A DNA stretch of 32,000 nt from Nostoc sp. PCC 7120 = FACHB-418 (GCF_000009705.1 NC_003272.1:2790001-2822000), one strand, 5' to 3'. Shown: positions 11,432-20,480, counted from the stretch's first letter. The notes: generated from the letters alone by a model not told the origin. Made by a program: numbers and translations.

Positions 11432-12625
11432 ATGTGGTCTTCACAGGGCAAACCAGCTGACACCGGAACCAATGGACAACAGTTGCTCAACACAACTCCA
11501 ACTAATTGGGAGCAAGAGTCCGAACGAGAGGGAATATTCCAGCTAATTGATAGCATCTTGCCCTTTGAAGTTTGCCTCTACCACCAGATTTTGCCTTTAA
11601 GGTGCCAAAATGATCGCTTATCACTAGGTATGGTAAATCTAGGAGATAGTGCCGCATTCGATTACGTACATCGCATTGTGTCATATATCAACAGCACAAT
11701 AGAAACTCAAGAAATCGCTGCTGACATTCATCGCGCAATACTTTCTGCTTACCTCAACTATAAGAATACATCCACTCCAGAGGTACAACCAGTAGAAAAA
11801 CCAGAAGCAGAAGAGATTTTAGCCGAGAGTGTGAACACCACACTTAATCTACCTAACGCCACAACTCCCTCCCCAGAAGTACAGCCGTTACATCAATCTT
11901 TTGAGTCATTAATAGATGTTTCTGTGCCGTCCCACTCAGAGAAGGATTCTCAAACTACCAATGATTCTCAACAAGTCAGTGTTCAACAAGAATCACCCAT
12001 GCCTCTACTGAGTGATGTAACTGTTTTACAAGTGCAAGCTCCACAACTATTCAGCCCTATTGAATCACTACTCAATTTACCCTCTAGGAAGCTATTGGAG
12101 GAATTGCTAGGACGAGTTTTAGGTGGGGGGATTGGTCGCTTATATCTGGAAAGACAACCATATAGAGGAAGAATTATTTGGAGTGACAATGGAGTCTTAC
12201 AGTCTGTATTGGAAAATTTACCCCTCTCTGTTTTTCAAGGCGTACTTAATGAATTAAAGCGTTTTGCAGGGTTTCCTCTTAGTACGCTCGCAGAACCACA
12301 ACAGATTGAGAAAGAATGCCAATACCAAAACAATAGTTTATTATTACGCATACGTGTAATGCCAGGAATAAATGGCGAAGAGGCCACACTGCAAGTACTA
12401 AGGGGGGCAGCTCTAAAATTTTATCAGCAGCAGCAATTAGATCGTCTGAGTCGAGATGCCATAGGAATTTCTCAACAACTCAGCTATAAGTTGCATGAAT
12501 TACATCAACGATTACTGCTGAATCCTCACCTCAAAGCCGAGCAATCAGAGGCTTTATCTACCCTCACTCGAATAGTTGAAAGCTTAGACCAAAAAGTTAA
12601 AACACTGACGGCAAATAATCAATGA
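11432..12625 (+). CDS. GspE/PilB-related protein lacking the ATPase core (T2SSE_N-like plus N2-like domains only)
   Basis: 397 aa. Residues about 35-110 (FQLIDSILPFEVCLYHQILPL...LSLGMVNLGDSAAFDYV) resemble the GspE N-terminal domain. Residues about 225-330 (RLYLERQPYRGRIIWSDNGVLQSVLENLP...LLLRIRVMPGINGEEATLQVLR) parallel the DIHxEP...RxRxDGxL...RVSxxPxxxGExxVxRxL segment just upstream of the Walker A box in secretion ATPases. No Walker A or B motif follows before the stop. Confidence 0.6.
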   Translation: MWSSQGKPADTGTNGQQLLNTTPTNWEQESEREGIFQLIDSILPFEVCLYHQILPLRCQNDRLSLGMVNLGDSAAFDYVHRIVSYINSTIETQEIAADIHRAILSAYLNYKNTSTPEVQPVEKPEAEEILAESVNTTLNLPNATTPSPEVQPLHQSFESLIDVSVPSHSEKDSQTTNDSQQVSVQQESPMPLLSDVTVLQVQAPQLFSPIESLLNLPSRKLLEELLGRVLGGGIGRLYLERQPYRGRIIWSDNGVLQSVLENLPLSVFQGVLNELKRFAGFPLSTLAEPQQIEKECQYQNNSLLLRIRVMPGINGEEATLQVLRGAALKFYQQQQLDRLSRDAIGISQQLSYKLHELHQRLLLNPHLKAEQSEALSTLTRIVESLDQKVKTLTANNQ

Positions 12626-12822
12626 CTATCAGACAGAGAATCATCGTGCTGTCAGTAAAACCTCTGATTTCGATCTTTACCATAATTGTTATGTTGTAAT
12701 GACTAACCAGACTATCTTTTACAGAGCTTCTGGTTAACACTTGTCTAATTAGACATTGATAATGTTTGTGGGGGTTGGTCATCAGGAATGGTAAATAGCA
12801 ATTACCCTTCAGACTTTCCTAT

Positions 12823-12850
12823 GAGACGCTCCGCCAACGAGCAGTGTCTC
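12823..12850. repeat. short dispersed-repeat-like hairpin (gagacgct-N12-agtgtctc)
   Basis: Inverted repeat read directly. The GAGACGCTCCGCCAACGAG-type sequence is reminiscent of Nostoc short dispersed repeats (from memory). Confidence 0.35.
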
Positions 12851-13091
12851 TTAAAGAACGTTATGAGCGCTCAGTTAACTTCAGAAATTCACGGCGGAAA
12901 TCCATAGTTATTATTACTTATGACTAAAACAAAATTACTATGGCGGCTTGTTTAATATAGATTCTGTGTTCTGAGAAATGACTTTTAAAGTCCCACTAAC
13001 TTTTTTCTCATCTATTGCTATATTTCGACTTTAAAACTTATAGTAGATGGCTTAATTCTCAAATAACAAACTCATTTTTAGTAGATATTTC

Positions 13092-13775
13092 ATGCAAACT
13101 GAGGTTTTTAGTGATATTTTCCCCTTATTGAGTACAGCCACTCCACAAACCTTAGAATGGCTACTCAATATTGCAATTGATCATGAATATCCCACTGGTA
13201 GAGCAGTTTTAATGGAAGATGCCTGGGGTAATGCAGTTTATTTCGTTGTATCTGGATGGGTAAAAGTTCGGCGCACCTGTGGAGATGATTCGGTAGCTTT
13301 AGCAATTTTAGGAAGGGGTGATTTTTTTGGAGAAATGGCGATTTTAGATGAATCTCCTCGCTCAACAGATGTAATTGCTCTTTCACCAGTCAAGTTACTC
13401 AGTATTTCTAGAGAACGTTTTATTCAAATTTTATTTAAAGACCCACAATTGCATCATAGAATGCTGCAATTAATGGTGCGACGATTACGACAAATTAACC
13501 AACGGTTACAAATCCGTTCTTCACCACCTGCTGTGAAATTAGCTCATACCTTAGTTAGTTTGGGTGAGAGCTATGGTCAAGAATCTACACAAGGTAGGGA
13601 AATTTTTAATATCCCTTTTAAGGACTTAGCAGAGGTTACAGAAATCGGTGTTGAAGAAACTAGCAAAATTATGGATAAATTGCACGATAAAGGGTGGATA
13701 AAAATTGACAGTACTAATAATATTATCTATCTGATAAATTTCAAACAATTGCTGAATTTAGCGGGAAAAGTCTAA
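13092..13775 (+). CDS. Crp/Fnr-family transcriptional regulator (cNMP-binding domain plus C-terminal HTH)
   Basis: 227 aa. GDFFGEMAILD...RSTDV cyclic-nucleotide-binding signature and a C-terminal HTH region. It is not NtcA itself. Confidence 0.85.
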   Translation: MQTEVFSDIFPLLSTATPQTLEWLLNIAIDHEYPTGRAVLMEDAWGNAVYFVVSGWVKVRRTCGDDSVALAILGRGDFFGEMAILDESPRSTDVIALSPVKLLSISRERFIQILFKDPQLHHRMLQLMVRRLRQINQRLQIRSSPPAVKLAHTLVSLGESYGQESTQGREIFNIPFKDLAEVTEIGVEETSKIMDKLHDKGWIKIDSTNNIIYLINFKQLLNLAGKV

Positions 13776-14255
13776 TAAAAGCATCCTCTTTTAAACTTTT
13801 TTTAAGTTTTTCCTCAGCACTAAAACACCTGATATTTGAGGGCTAACGTCTTCATGGAAGCATATTAAACAAACAATACAAGCGTATTTATACTTGCAAA
13901 TTCAAGCAAACGGATACTATGTTCCTTTGATCTACTGATATAACTAAAGAGCAAAAAGGGTTTAGGTATTGGAGCTTAGAGAAAAGTATTCTGGCTTCTG
14001 CCTACTGAATTATTATGTAAATATTAAATTTTGAGTATACGTTAACGAAGTTTAACGTAACATAATTGAATGTCATGTTTATTTGATAAATAACCTCTGA
14101 GAAATGTATTTTTAATGCTATGGCAAGTCTGCGCTAAAAGCGTAAAGTCCAGCAATTGCAAGCTCTGGAGACTTTTCTTTTAGTAGACTGAGTAATGTTG
14201 CCTGTGTCATAGCTCATAGCATTAATGCACCTCTAAATGCTGAGTCTGCATTGCT

Positions 14256-14297
14256 TAACTATTGACTATTGGCCAGTAACTATTAACTATTAACTAT
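14256..14297. repeat. heptamer array TAACTAT-type (6 units, 4 perfect)
   Basis: taactat tgactat tggccag taactat taactat taactat, immediately upstream of the M61 peptidase start. Confidence 0.6.
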
Positions 14298-14341
14298 GTA
14301 TGGATTGACTTTTGACTCAGAACTATCACTCTTAACTACAG

Positions 14342-16126
14342 ATGACTGAAGCGACAGCACCTCGTATCGATATTGGCGTTCAGGACACCGTGCCGACGAT
14401 TAATTATTTGGTGGCAATGCCCCAACCAGAGACGCATCTATTTGAGGTGAGTTTGCAAATCGTAAACTATTCATCACCAATTCTTGACTTAAGAATGCCG
14501 GTGTGGACACCAGGATCATATTTGGTGCGAGAGTACGCCAAGAATTTACAAGATTTTACTGCTTTTGCAGGAGATAAAATTTTACCTTGGCGGAAAATCA
14601 GTAAAAACCACTGGCAAATCAATAAAGGTGATGTTTCAGAAGTAACGGTGCGTTACCGCATTTTTGCAAACGAACTATCAGTGCGGACAAATCATTTAGA
14701 TGCTACCCACGGTTATTTTAATGGGGCAGCATTGTTTTTTAGACTACCAGGATGGGAAAACTTACCAATTTGTGTTACTGTCATACCACCGTATCCCCAA
14801 TGGCGGGTAACTACTCCTTTACCTACAATTGGTGAGCAATCTAATACTTTTTATGCTGCTGATTTTGATACCCTTGTAGATAGTCCTTTTGAGATTGGTG
14901 AACACCAGTTATATCACTTTGAGGTGTTAGGGAAACCTCATGAATTGGCGATCTGGGGACAAGGAAATTGTCAAGTACAGCAGCTAATTAGGGATACCCA
15001 AAAAATTATCCAAATAGAAGCACAGATGTTTGGCGGATTGCCTTATGAGCGATACGTCTTTTTGCTGCATTTATTTGCTCAAGCGTACGGTGGTTTGGAG
15101 CATAAAAATAGCTGTTCTTTGATTTATCAGCGTTTTGGTTTTCGCTCCCAAGATAAGTATGAACGCTTCATTCAATTACTAGCCCATGAGTTCTTCCATC
15201 TATGGAATGTCAAGCGAATTCGTCCCCAAGCTTTAGAGGTATTTAACTACGACCAAGAAAATTACACACCATCTCTGTGGTTCTGTGAGGGAACTACCAG
15301 TTATTACGATCTACTGATTCCTTTACGAGCAGGCATTTATGATGCAAAGACTTATTTAAATTACTGGAGTAAGGAGATAAGTAGGTTAATTACGACACCA
15401 GGGCGGAAAGTACAACCACTTTCTGAGTCGAGTTTCGATGCTTGGATTAAACTTTATCGCCCAGATACAAATACTGGTAATTCGCAAGTCTCCTATTATT
15501 TGAAGGGAGAAATGATATCTTTGCTACTAGATTTGCTGATTAGAGCGCGGTATCGTAATCAGCGATCGCTTGATGATGTGATGCGTCAAATGTGGCAAAA
15601 ATTTGGTCAAGCTGAAATTGGCTACACTCCAGAACAATTACAGGCGGTGATCGAATCGGTGGCTGGAGTTGATTTGACGGATTTCTTCGCACGCTATATT
15701 GATGGCACAGAAGAATTGCCGTTTAATCAGTACTTAGAACCTTTTGGCTTGCATTTGGTAGCAGAGAGAGAAGAAGAACCTTACTTAGGGGTGAAAGTAA
15801 ACACGGAAAATGGTCGAGAGATGATTAAATTTGTCGAGGCTGGTTCGCCTGCCCAAATGGCAGGAATTGACGCAGGTGATGAGTTGCTGGCTATTGCAGG
15901 CATCAAGATCACAGCCCATCAATTGAGCGATCGCCTTAAAGACTATCAAGCCAATGATACTATCCAGGTAACAGTTTTTCACCAAGATGAGCTGCGTACC
16001 TATCCTGTAAAGCTAGGGACACCACGTCCTACCAAGTATCAGCTACTGGCGATACAGAATCCTAACGCGACGCAGCAAGAAAACTTTGCCGCGTGGTTGG
16101 GTGCTGCCATCTCTACTGTTAGTTGA
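14342..16126 (+). CDS. M61 family glycyl aminopeptidase with C-terminal PDZ domain
   Basis: 594 aa. HEFFHLWN zinc motif with downstream Glu, and a C-terminal PDZ-like GSPAQMAGIDAGDELLAIAG. Confidence 0.85.
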   Translation: MTEATAPRIDIGVQDTVPTINYLVAMPQPETHLFEVSLQIVNYSSPILDLRMPVWTPGSYLVREYAKNLQDFTAFAGDKILPWRKISKNHWQINKGDVSEVTVRYRIFANELSVRTNHLDATHGYFNGAALFFRLPGWENLPICVTVIPPYPQWRVTTPLPTIGEQSNTFYAADFDTLVDSPFEIGEHQLYHFEVLGKPHELAIWGQGNCQVQQLIRDTQKIIQIEAQMFGGLPYERYVFLLHLFAQAYGGLEHKNSCSLIYQRFGFRSQDKYERFIQLLAHEFFHLWNVKRIRPQALEVFNYDQENYTPSLWFCEGTTSYYDLLIPLRAGIYDAKTYLNYWSKEISRLITTPGRKVQPLSESSFDAWIKLYRPDTNTGNSQVSYYLKGEMISLLLDLLIRARYRNQRSLDDVMRQMWQKFGQAEIGYTPEQLQAVIESVAGVDLTDFFARYIDGTEELPFNQYLEPFGLHLVAEREEEPYLGVKVNTENGREMIKFVEAGSPAQMAGIDAGDELLAIAGIKITAHQLSDRLKDYQANDTIQVTVFHQDELRTYPVKLGTPRPTKYQLLAIQNPNATQQENFAAWLGAAISTVS

Positions 16127-16469
16127 TAACCACAGACAAATAACTCTTTTGTGTTCCCTGTAGTTCACAGTCAGGTGCGGAAAGAAACAACCTATACAAG
16201 TGGGGGAGATTAGTCAAATTATGGCAGATTACTCTCCCTCATGCCCTTTACAGATTTACTTAAAATTTTGTTAATACACATATTATTCATAACTTTTTAC
16301 TAAAACCTTACATAATTTAATTTACGTAAAATCTAGAGTCAATTTTATTGTTAATTTATAGCTGTTGACTGTTGGCAGACTTGAAAGCCTTTTATTGCCA
16401 GGGTTTTATCTTAGCTACGGCTATATCTTTGTTTACCTGAATTTATACTCAAAAAAGATTACGTAATAC

Positions 16470-16511
16470 TTAAAAAAGTAAACGCACTTTGTCAATACAG
16501 CCAAAGTGCGT
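16470..16511 (-). terminator. intrinsic terminator for apcF
   Basis: Perfect 10-bp stem acgcactttg (16482..16491) / caaagtgcgt (16502..16511), followed on the minus strand by TTACTTTTTTAAG. A second perfect 12-bp inverted repeat atctgttttttg / caaaaaacagat (16520..16531 / 16565..16576) lies between it and the apcF stop. Confidence 0.6.
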
Positions 16512-16613
16512 CATTAAAAATCTGTTTTTTGATATTGAAAATCAACCAGACAATGAAAACTAGACAAAAAACAGATTGTAAATCATACCTCCTGCCTTTT
16601 GCCCCATACCTTC

Positions 16614-17123
16614 TTAAACATCCCGCTCGCTTAATTCACGAGTAATATGGTCAAATGGCTCCTCAACAAAAGTGGTGTTGGCAATACCTGCACCTGCAAC
16701 TTGTTCCTTGACCAAATCCTTGAGAATTTGTACACCGCGAACTGTAGGGCCAATGGGTACACCCAAAGAATTGTAAGTTTCCCGCAAGCCTTGCAGCACC
16801 CGCTCATCTAAAACATTGGTATTACCAGCAACCAGTGCATAAGTAGCGTAGCGCAGATAGTAGTCCATATCTCGTAAACAAGCTGCCAGACGACGAGTAG
16901 TGTAGGCATTACCACCGGGGCGAATTAACTCTGGCAGTTCTTCAAACAACTTAGAACCTGCTTGTTTGACCAGTGCAGCTGCATTGGAGTTAATCGCGGC
17001 TGCTGCTTGGACACGAGCCGTACCACTATCAAAATAATCTTTGAGGGTATCGATCGCATTTCGGTCAAAATACCGACCAGCTACGTCATAATTCTTAATT
17101 AAGCTTGTTACTGCATCGCGCAT
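16614..17123 (-). CDS. apcF: allophycocyanin beta-18 subunit (phycobilisome core component)
   Basis: MRDAVTSLIKNYDVAGRYFDRNAIDTLKDYFDSGTARVQAAAAINSNAAALVKQAG...AACLRDMDYYLRYATYALVAG. Phycobiliprotein fold with the Cys-81-region chromophore site, 169 aa. The track start 17138 is TTG. ATG 17123, preceded by GAAGGA, is preferred. Confidence 0.92.
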   Translation of the reverse strand: MRDAVTSLIKNYDVAGRYFDRNAIDTLKDYFDSGTARVQAAAAINSNAAALVKQAGSKLFEELPELIRPGGNAYTTRRLAACLRDMDYYLRYATYALVAGNTNVLDERVLQGLRETYNSLGVPIGPTVRGVQILKDLVKEQVAGAGIANTTFVEEPFDHITRELSERDV

Positions 17124-17341
17124 TCCTTCTTCTCCCAATCTTTGCTATCTATGGTTTGATATTAATTTGGTTGCACTACGCACCAGTAAATTTTTGTGCT
17201 ATTAAAAATAGATTCGGCACAAAAACAATCTATCTGTTACTTAAGGATTTTATGTCAAAGTTGACCCCTATGAGATTAACTTTCTCCCTTTTGTGCAGAT
17301 GTCGAAAGAAAGGTTAATATTACCTGTAATCCAGACGTTCT

Positions 17342-17384
17342 GTAACAAAGACTACAAAACTGTCTAATGTTTAGAATCTACGAT
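17342..17384 (+). promoter_or_regulatory. NtcA-activated glnA promoter (NtcA box plus -10)
   Basis: GTAACAAAGACTAC (17342..17355) is a perfect GTA-N8-TAC. TACGAT (TA-N3-T) follows 23 nt downstream at 17379..17384. This predicts a TSS about 92 nt upstream of the glnA ATG, consistent with my memory of the NtcA-dependent glnA transcript in Anabaena. Confidence 0.85.
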
Positions 17385-17482
17385 ATTTCAGGTGTGTCAT
17401 CAACTTTGTTTCGCTCAGTAGGGCTTAGATGCTTTGGCAGATTCTGGTTTGAATTTAAGAAATTGGCAGAGAAGGAGTAACA

Positions 17483-18907
17483 ATGACAACCCCACAAGAA
17501 GTCTTGAAAAGAATTCAAGATGAAAAAATTGAGCTGATTGACCTCAAGTTCATCGATACAGTAGGTACATGGCAGCACCTCACCTTGTACCAAAACCAAA
17601 TCGATGAAAGCTCATTCTCTGATGGCGTACCTTTTGATGGTTCCAGCATCCGGGGTTGGAAAGCAATCAACGAGTCAGACATGACAATGGTTCTCGATCC
17701 CAACACTGCTTGGATCGACCCATTCATGGAAGTGCCAACACTAAGTATTGTTTGTAGCATTAAAGAACCACGCACAGGAGAATGGTACAACCGTTGTCCA
17801 CGGGTTATTGCTCAAAAAGCAATAGACTACTTAGTATCTACGGGTATTGGTGATACAGCCTTCTTTGGCCCTGAAGCTGAATTTTTTATCTTTGATAGCG
17901 CCCGCTTTGCCCAAAACGCTAACGAAGGTTACTACTTCCTCGACTCTGTAGAGGGTGCTTGGAATTCTGGTAAAGAAGGTACAGCAGATAAACCCAACTT
18001 GGCTTACAAACCACGTTTTAAAGAGGGTTATTTCCCTGTTTCCCCCACAGATTCTTTCCAAGACATCCGGACAGAAATGTTGTTGACGATGGCGAAATTA
18101 GGCGTACCCATCGAAAAACATCACCACGAAGTTGCTACTGGTGGTCAGTGCGAGCTAGGCTTCCGCTTTGGTAAGTTAATCGAAGCTGCTGACTGGCTGA
18201 TGATTTACAAATATGTCATCAAGAACGTTGCCAAAAAATATGGCAAAACCGTCACCTTCATGCCAAAACCAATTTTTGGTGATAACGGTTCTGGTATGCA
18301 CTGTCACCAATCTATCTGGAAGGATGGCAAACCTCTCTTCGCAGGTGATCAGTATGCTGGCTTAAGTGAAATGGGACTGTACTACATTGGTGGTCTTCTC
18401 AAGCACGCCCCAGCACTGTTGGCAATCACCAACCCCAGCACCAACTCTTACAAGCGTCTAGTTCCTGGTTATGAAGCACCAGTTAACTTGGCTTACTCCC
18501 AAGGAAACCGTTCTGCTTCCATCCGTATTCCTCTGTCTGGCACTAACCCCAAAGCCAAGCGTTTAGAGTTCCGTTGTCCAGATGCTACCTCTAACCCTTA
18601 TTTGGCATTTGCTGCCATGCTGTGCGCTGGTATCGATGGTATCAAGAACAAAATTCATCCTGGTGAGCCATTAGATAAAAACATCTATGAACTTTCTCCA
18701 GAAGAATTGGCAAAAGTTCCTTCCACACCTGGTTCTTTAGAACTAGCATTGGAAGCGCTAGAAAACGACCACGCTTTCTTAACAGATACAGGCGTATTCA
18801 CCGAAGACTTTATCCAAAACTGGATTGACTACAAACTAGCTAACGAAGTTAAACAGATGCAACTGCGTCCTCATCCTTATGAGTTCTCTATCTATTACGA
18901 CGTTTAA
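17483..18907 (+). CDS. glnA: glutamine synthetase type I
   Basis: 474 aa, a full-length GSI sequence ([32 protein letters not shown]...GSGMHCHQS...[11 protein letters not shown]). Confidence 0.98.
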   Translation: MTTPQEVLKRIQDEKIELIDLKFIDTVGTWQHLTLYQNQIDESSFSDGVPFDGSSIRGWKAINESDMTMVLDPNTAWIDPFMEVPTLSIVCSIKEPRTGEWYNRCPRVIAQKAIDYLVSTGIGDTAFFGPEAEFFIFDSARFAQNANEGYYFLDSVEGAWNSGKEGTADKPNLAYKPRFKEGYFPVSPTDSFQDIRTEMLLTMAKLGVPIEKHHHEVATGGQCELGFRFGKLIEAADWLMIYKYVIKNVAKKYGKTVTFMPKPIFGDNGSGMHCHQSIWKDGKPLFAGDQYAGLSEMGLYYIGGLLKHAPALLAITNPSTNSYKRLVPGYEAPVNLAYSQGNRSASIRIPLSGTNPKAKRLEFRCPDATSNPYLAFAAMLCAGIDGIKNKIHPGEPLDKNIYELSPEELAKVPSTPGSLELALEALENDHAFLTDTGVFTEDFIQNWIDYKLANEVKQMQLRPHPYEFSIYYDV

Positions 18908-18949
18908 TTAACACCTGTTAGCAATTTATAGCTGAAAGTTCAAATTTTG

Positions 18950-18971
18950 CCACCCTTATGGGTGGTTTTTT
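18950..18971 (+). terminator. glnA intrinsic terminator
   Basis: ccaccc (18950..18955), ttat loop, gggtgg (18960..18965), followed by TTTTTT (18966..18971). Confidence 0.85.
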
Positions 18972-19001
18972 GTCTTCTGTAAAAATTATGTATAAGTATA
19001 C

Positions 19002-19038
19002 TAGAGGAAGTAACTTCAACAATGAGTTACTTCCTCTA
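19002..19038 (-). terminator. 14-bp perfect hairpin 32 nt downstream of the gifA stop (candidate gifA 3' end or insulator; no U-tract)
   Basis: tagaggaagtaact (19002..19015), 9-nt loop, agttacttcctcta (19025..19038). Confidence 0.5.
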
Positions 19039-19069
19039 ATAACAACCATGACTTAAACATGAGTAAAAC

Positions 19070-19273
19070 TTAGCTCATCGAAGCATTACTACGACCATAA
19101 ATCGTGCGAGTGGTGGGATCGATCTTTCCTTGAGTGGGGTTCCAGTAGTGGGACAGTTCTTCAGCAGGAAGACCGAGTTCTTGTGCGGAACGCATCAGCA
19201 TAGATTGTTGACGATTCTTCACTTGCTGATATTGGCGCATCATAATGGCACGAGATTTTTCTTGAATAGACAT
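19070..19273 (-). CDS. gifA: glutamine synthetase inactivating factor IF7
   Basis: 67 aa, MSIQEKSRAIMMRQYQQVKNRQQSMLMRSAQE...IYGRSNASMS. This matches the conserved IF7 pattern (ALMMRxxQxxKNRQQSML ... RSNAS) that I remember from Synechocystis GifA. It is convergent with glnA, as in PCC 7120. Confidence 0.9.
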   Translation of the reverse strand: MSIQEKSRAIMMRQYQQVKNRQQSMLMRSAQELGLPAEELSHYWNPTQGKIDPTTRTIYGRSNASMS

Positions 19274-19319
19274 ACAGTCCTCCTAGTGATATTAATTGGA
19301 TTTGACCCTTCACACATTT

Positions 19320-19350
19320 AATATAGCAAGAATTCTGTATCTTATGCTAC
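19320..19350 (-). promoter_or_regulatory. gifA promoter with NtcA operator in repressor position
   Basis: The minus strand reads GTAGCATAAGATAC (19350..19337, a perfect GTA-N8-TAC), then 11 nt, then TATATT (19325..19320). The box therefore overlaps the -35 region, centred near -30. This is the geometry of NtcA-repressed gif promoters. Confidence 0.75.
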
Positions 19351-19584
19351 GGAATTGAAGATTTGTTATAAATTGTAATACTTATGTAATTGCACTTACT
19401 ATTTTCTCAGCAAAAGTTTTAGAGATTATTTCCAGCAACAGAACACTGCAAGAGATGTCTTTCTCAAGAATGATGATTTATTTGTTACATTTATTTACGT
19501 TGTTCTCATGCTGGGCGATATTTGCTAATGCAGCTATTGAGAAAAAGTTAATTACTATTCAGTTCAACAAACTTACCCAAACCC

Positions 19585-20469
19585 ATGACAGTCGTTTATC
19601 CACGGAAATTTCAGAATACTTTGAGTGCGAGGGATATTCTCAAACAGGTAGTAAGCGATCGCGAAATTCACCTGATCACCCTCAACCGCTATCGTTATAG
19701 TGAGCAGCGCAGTTGTAAAGACCTGACAGACCTGATTGAAAGGTTAAATGGCAAGCCACCGGAACTAATCAGAGATTTATCTCACCACATCTCAGATGAA
19801 GCGCGTCATGCCATGTGGCTAACTGATTTGTTGGTCGATTTAGGTGCGAATGTAGGAACGCCTCCTGGTAATTCCTACATCGATGAGTTTGAAAGGTTAT
19901 TGGATAGCGAACAGCAAGACCCTACCCAAGCACTAGAAGAATTTGTAATTTCTACCCTAGCGGCGATTAACGTCACCGAGAAACGTGGTTGCGAGTATTT
20001 TTCAGCCCACATTTACGCCCTCAAAAAAGCGCCCCAAACAGCAGAAAATATCCAAATCCGCGAAACCATTGCAAAAATTCTGCCCGAAGAAGCCGGACAC
20101 GTTCGTTGGGGTAATCGCTGGTTAGCACAGATAGCAAATAAAAGCCCAGAACATCGGCAAAAAGTCGAACAAGCCAAACGCAAATATGCTGCCATTGAAC
20201 AAGCAGCCTTTGAATCAGGGATGGATATTACTTTAGGTGCAGAACTGCGGCGAGTTGCGAATCTGATGGGAGTCGCAAATACAATGCCCATGTGGCAACG
20301 ACCCCAATATCTAATGGAACGTTTACCACAAACTTTGCTAGCACCTCAATTGCAATTTACAAGAATTCAAGCTGCTCAAAGAGCTTGGCAACGCAATCCA
20401 CAAACATTTATGGAAAAGTTCGTACCAATGTTTATCAATGGTGTGAAGAAGATGGAAAATAAGCCTTAG
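19585..20469 (+). CDS. ferritin-like di-iron carboxylate superfamily protein (function unknown)
   Basis: 294 aa, predicted all-helical. Two E-x-x-H motifs (DEARH and EEAGH), each preceded by a helix with a conserved Glu (SEQRS, TEKRG), giving the E...ExxH...E...ExxH pattern. Confidence 0.7.
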   Translation: MTVVYPRKFQNTLSARDILKQVVSDREIHLITLNRYRYSEQRSCKDLTDLIERLNGKPPELIRDLSHHISDEARHAMWLTDLLVDLGANVGTPPGNSYIDEFERLLDSEQQDPTQALEEFVISTLAAINVTEKRGCEYFSAHIYALKKAPQTAENIQIRETIAKILPEEAGHVRWGNRWLAQIANKSPEHRQKVEQAKRKYAAIEQAAFESGMDITLGAELRRVANLMGVANTMPMWQRPQYLMERLPQTLLAPQLQFTRIQAAQRAWQRNPQTFMEKFVPMFINGVKKMENKP

Positions 20470-20480
20470 TTGAAAGGAGC

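Noticed and set aside
18066-18071. Additional TCCGGA hexamers at 18066..18071 (in glnA), 21636..21641 (in the FAD oxidoreductase) and 31819..31824 (in hetR).
   Set aside because: They lie inside coding sequence with no suitably spaced -10 element that I could see. A 6-mer is expected to occur by chance several times in 32 kb.
19274-19336. Possible glutamine riboswitch (glnA RNA motif) in the gifA leader, as known for some cyanobacterial gif genes.
   Set aside because: The predicted leader is only about 40 nt, and I could not find the conserved CGUUCACC / GGAAGUAGG-type segments on either strand.
19455-19700. 81-aa ORF with a signal-peptide-like start (MMIYLLHLFTLFSCWAIFANA) overlapping the start of the ferritin-like gene.
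   Set aside because: It is AT-rich promoter DNA that translates into Phe/Leu/Ile-rich peptide. It overlaps the better-supported 294-aa ORF out of frame and has no recognisable motif such as RG(S/T)GR. It may have been annotated historically, but I cannot support it.
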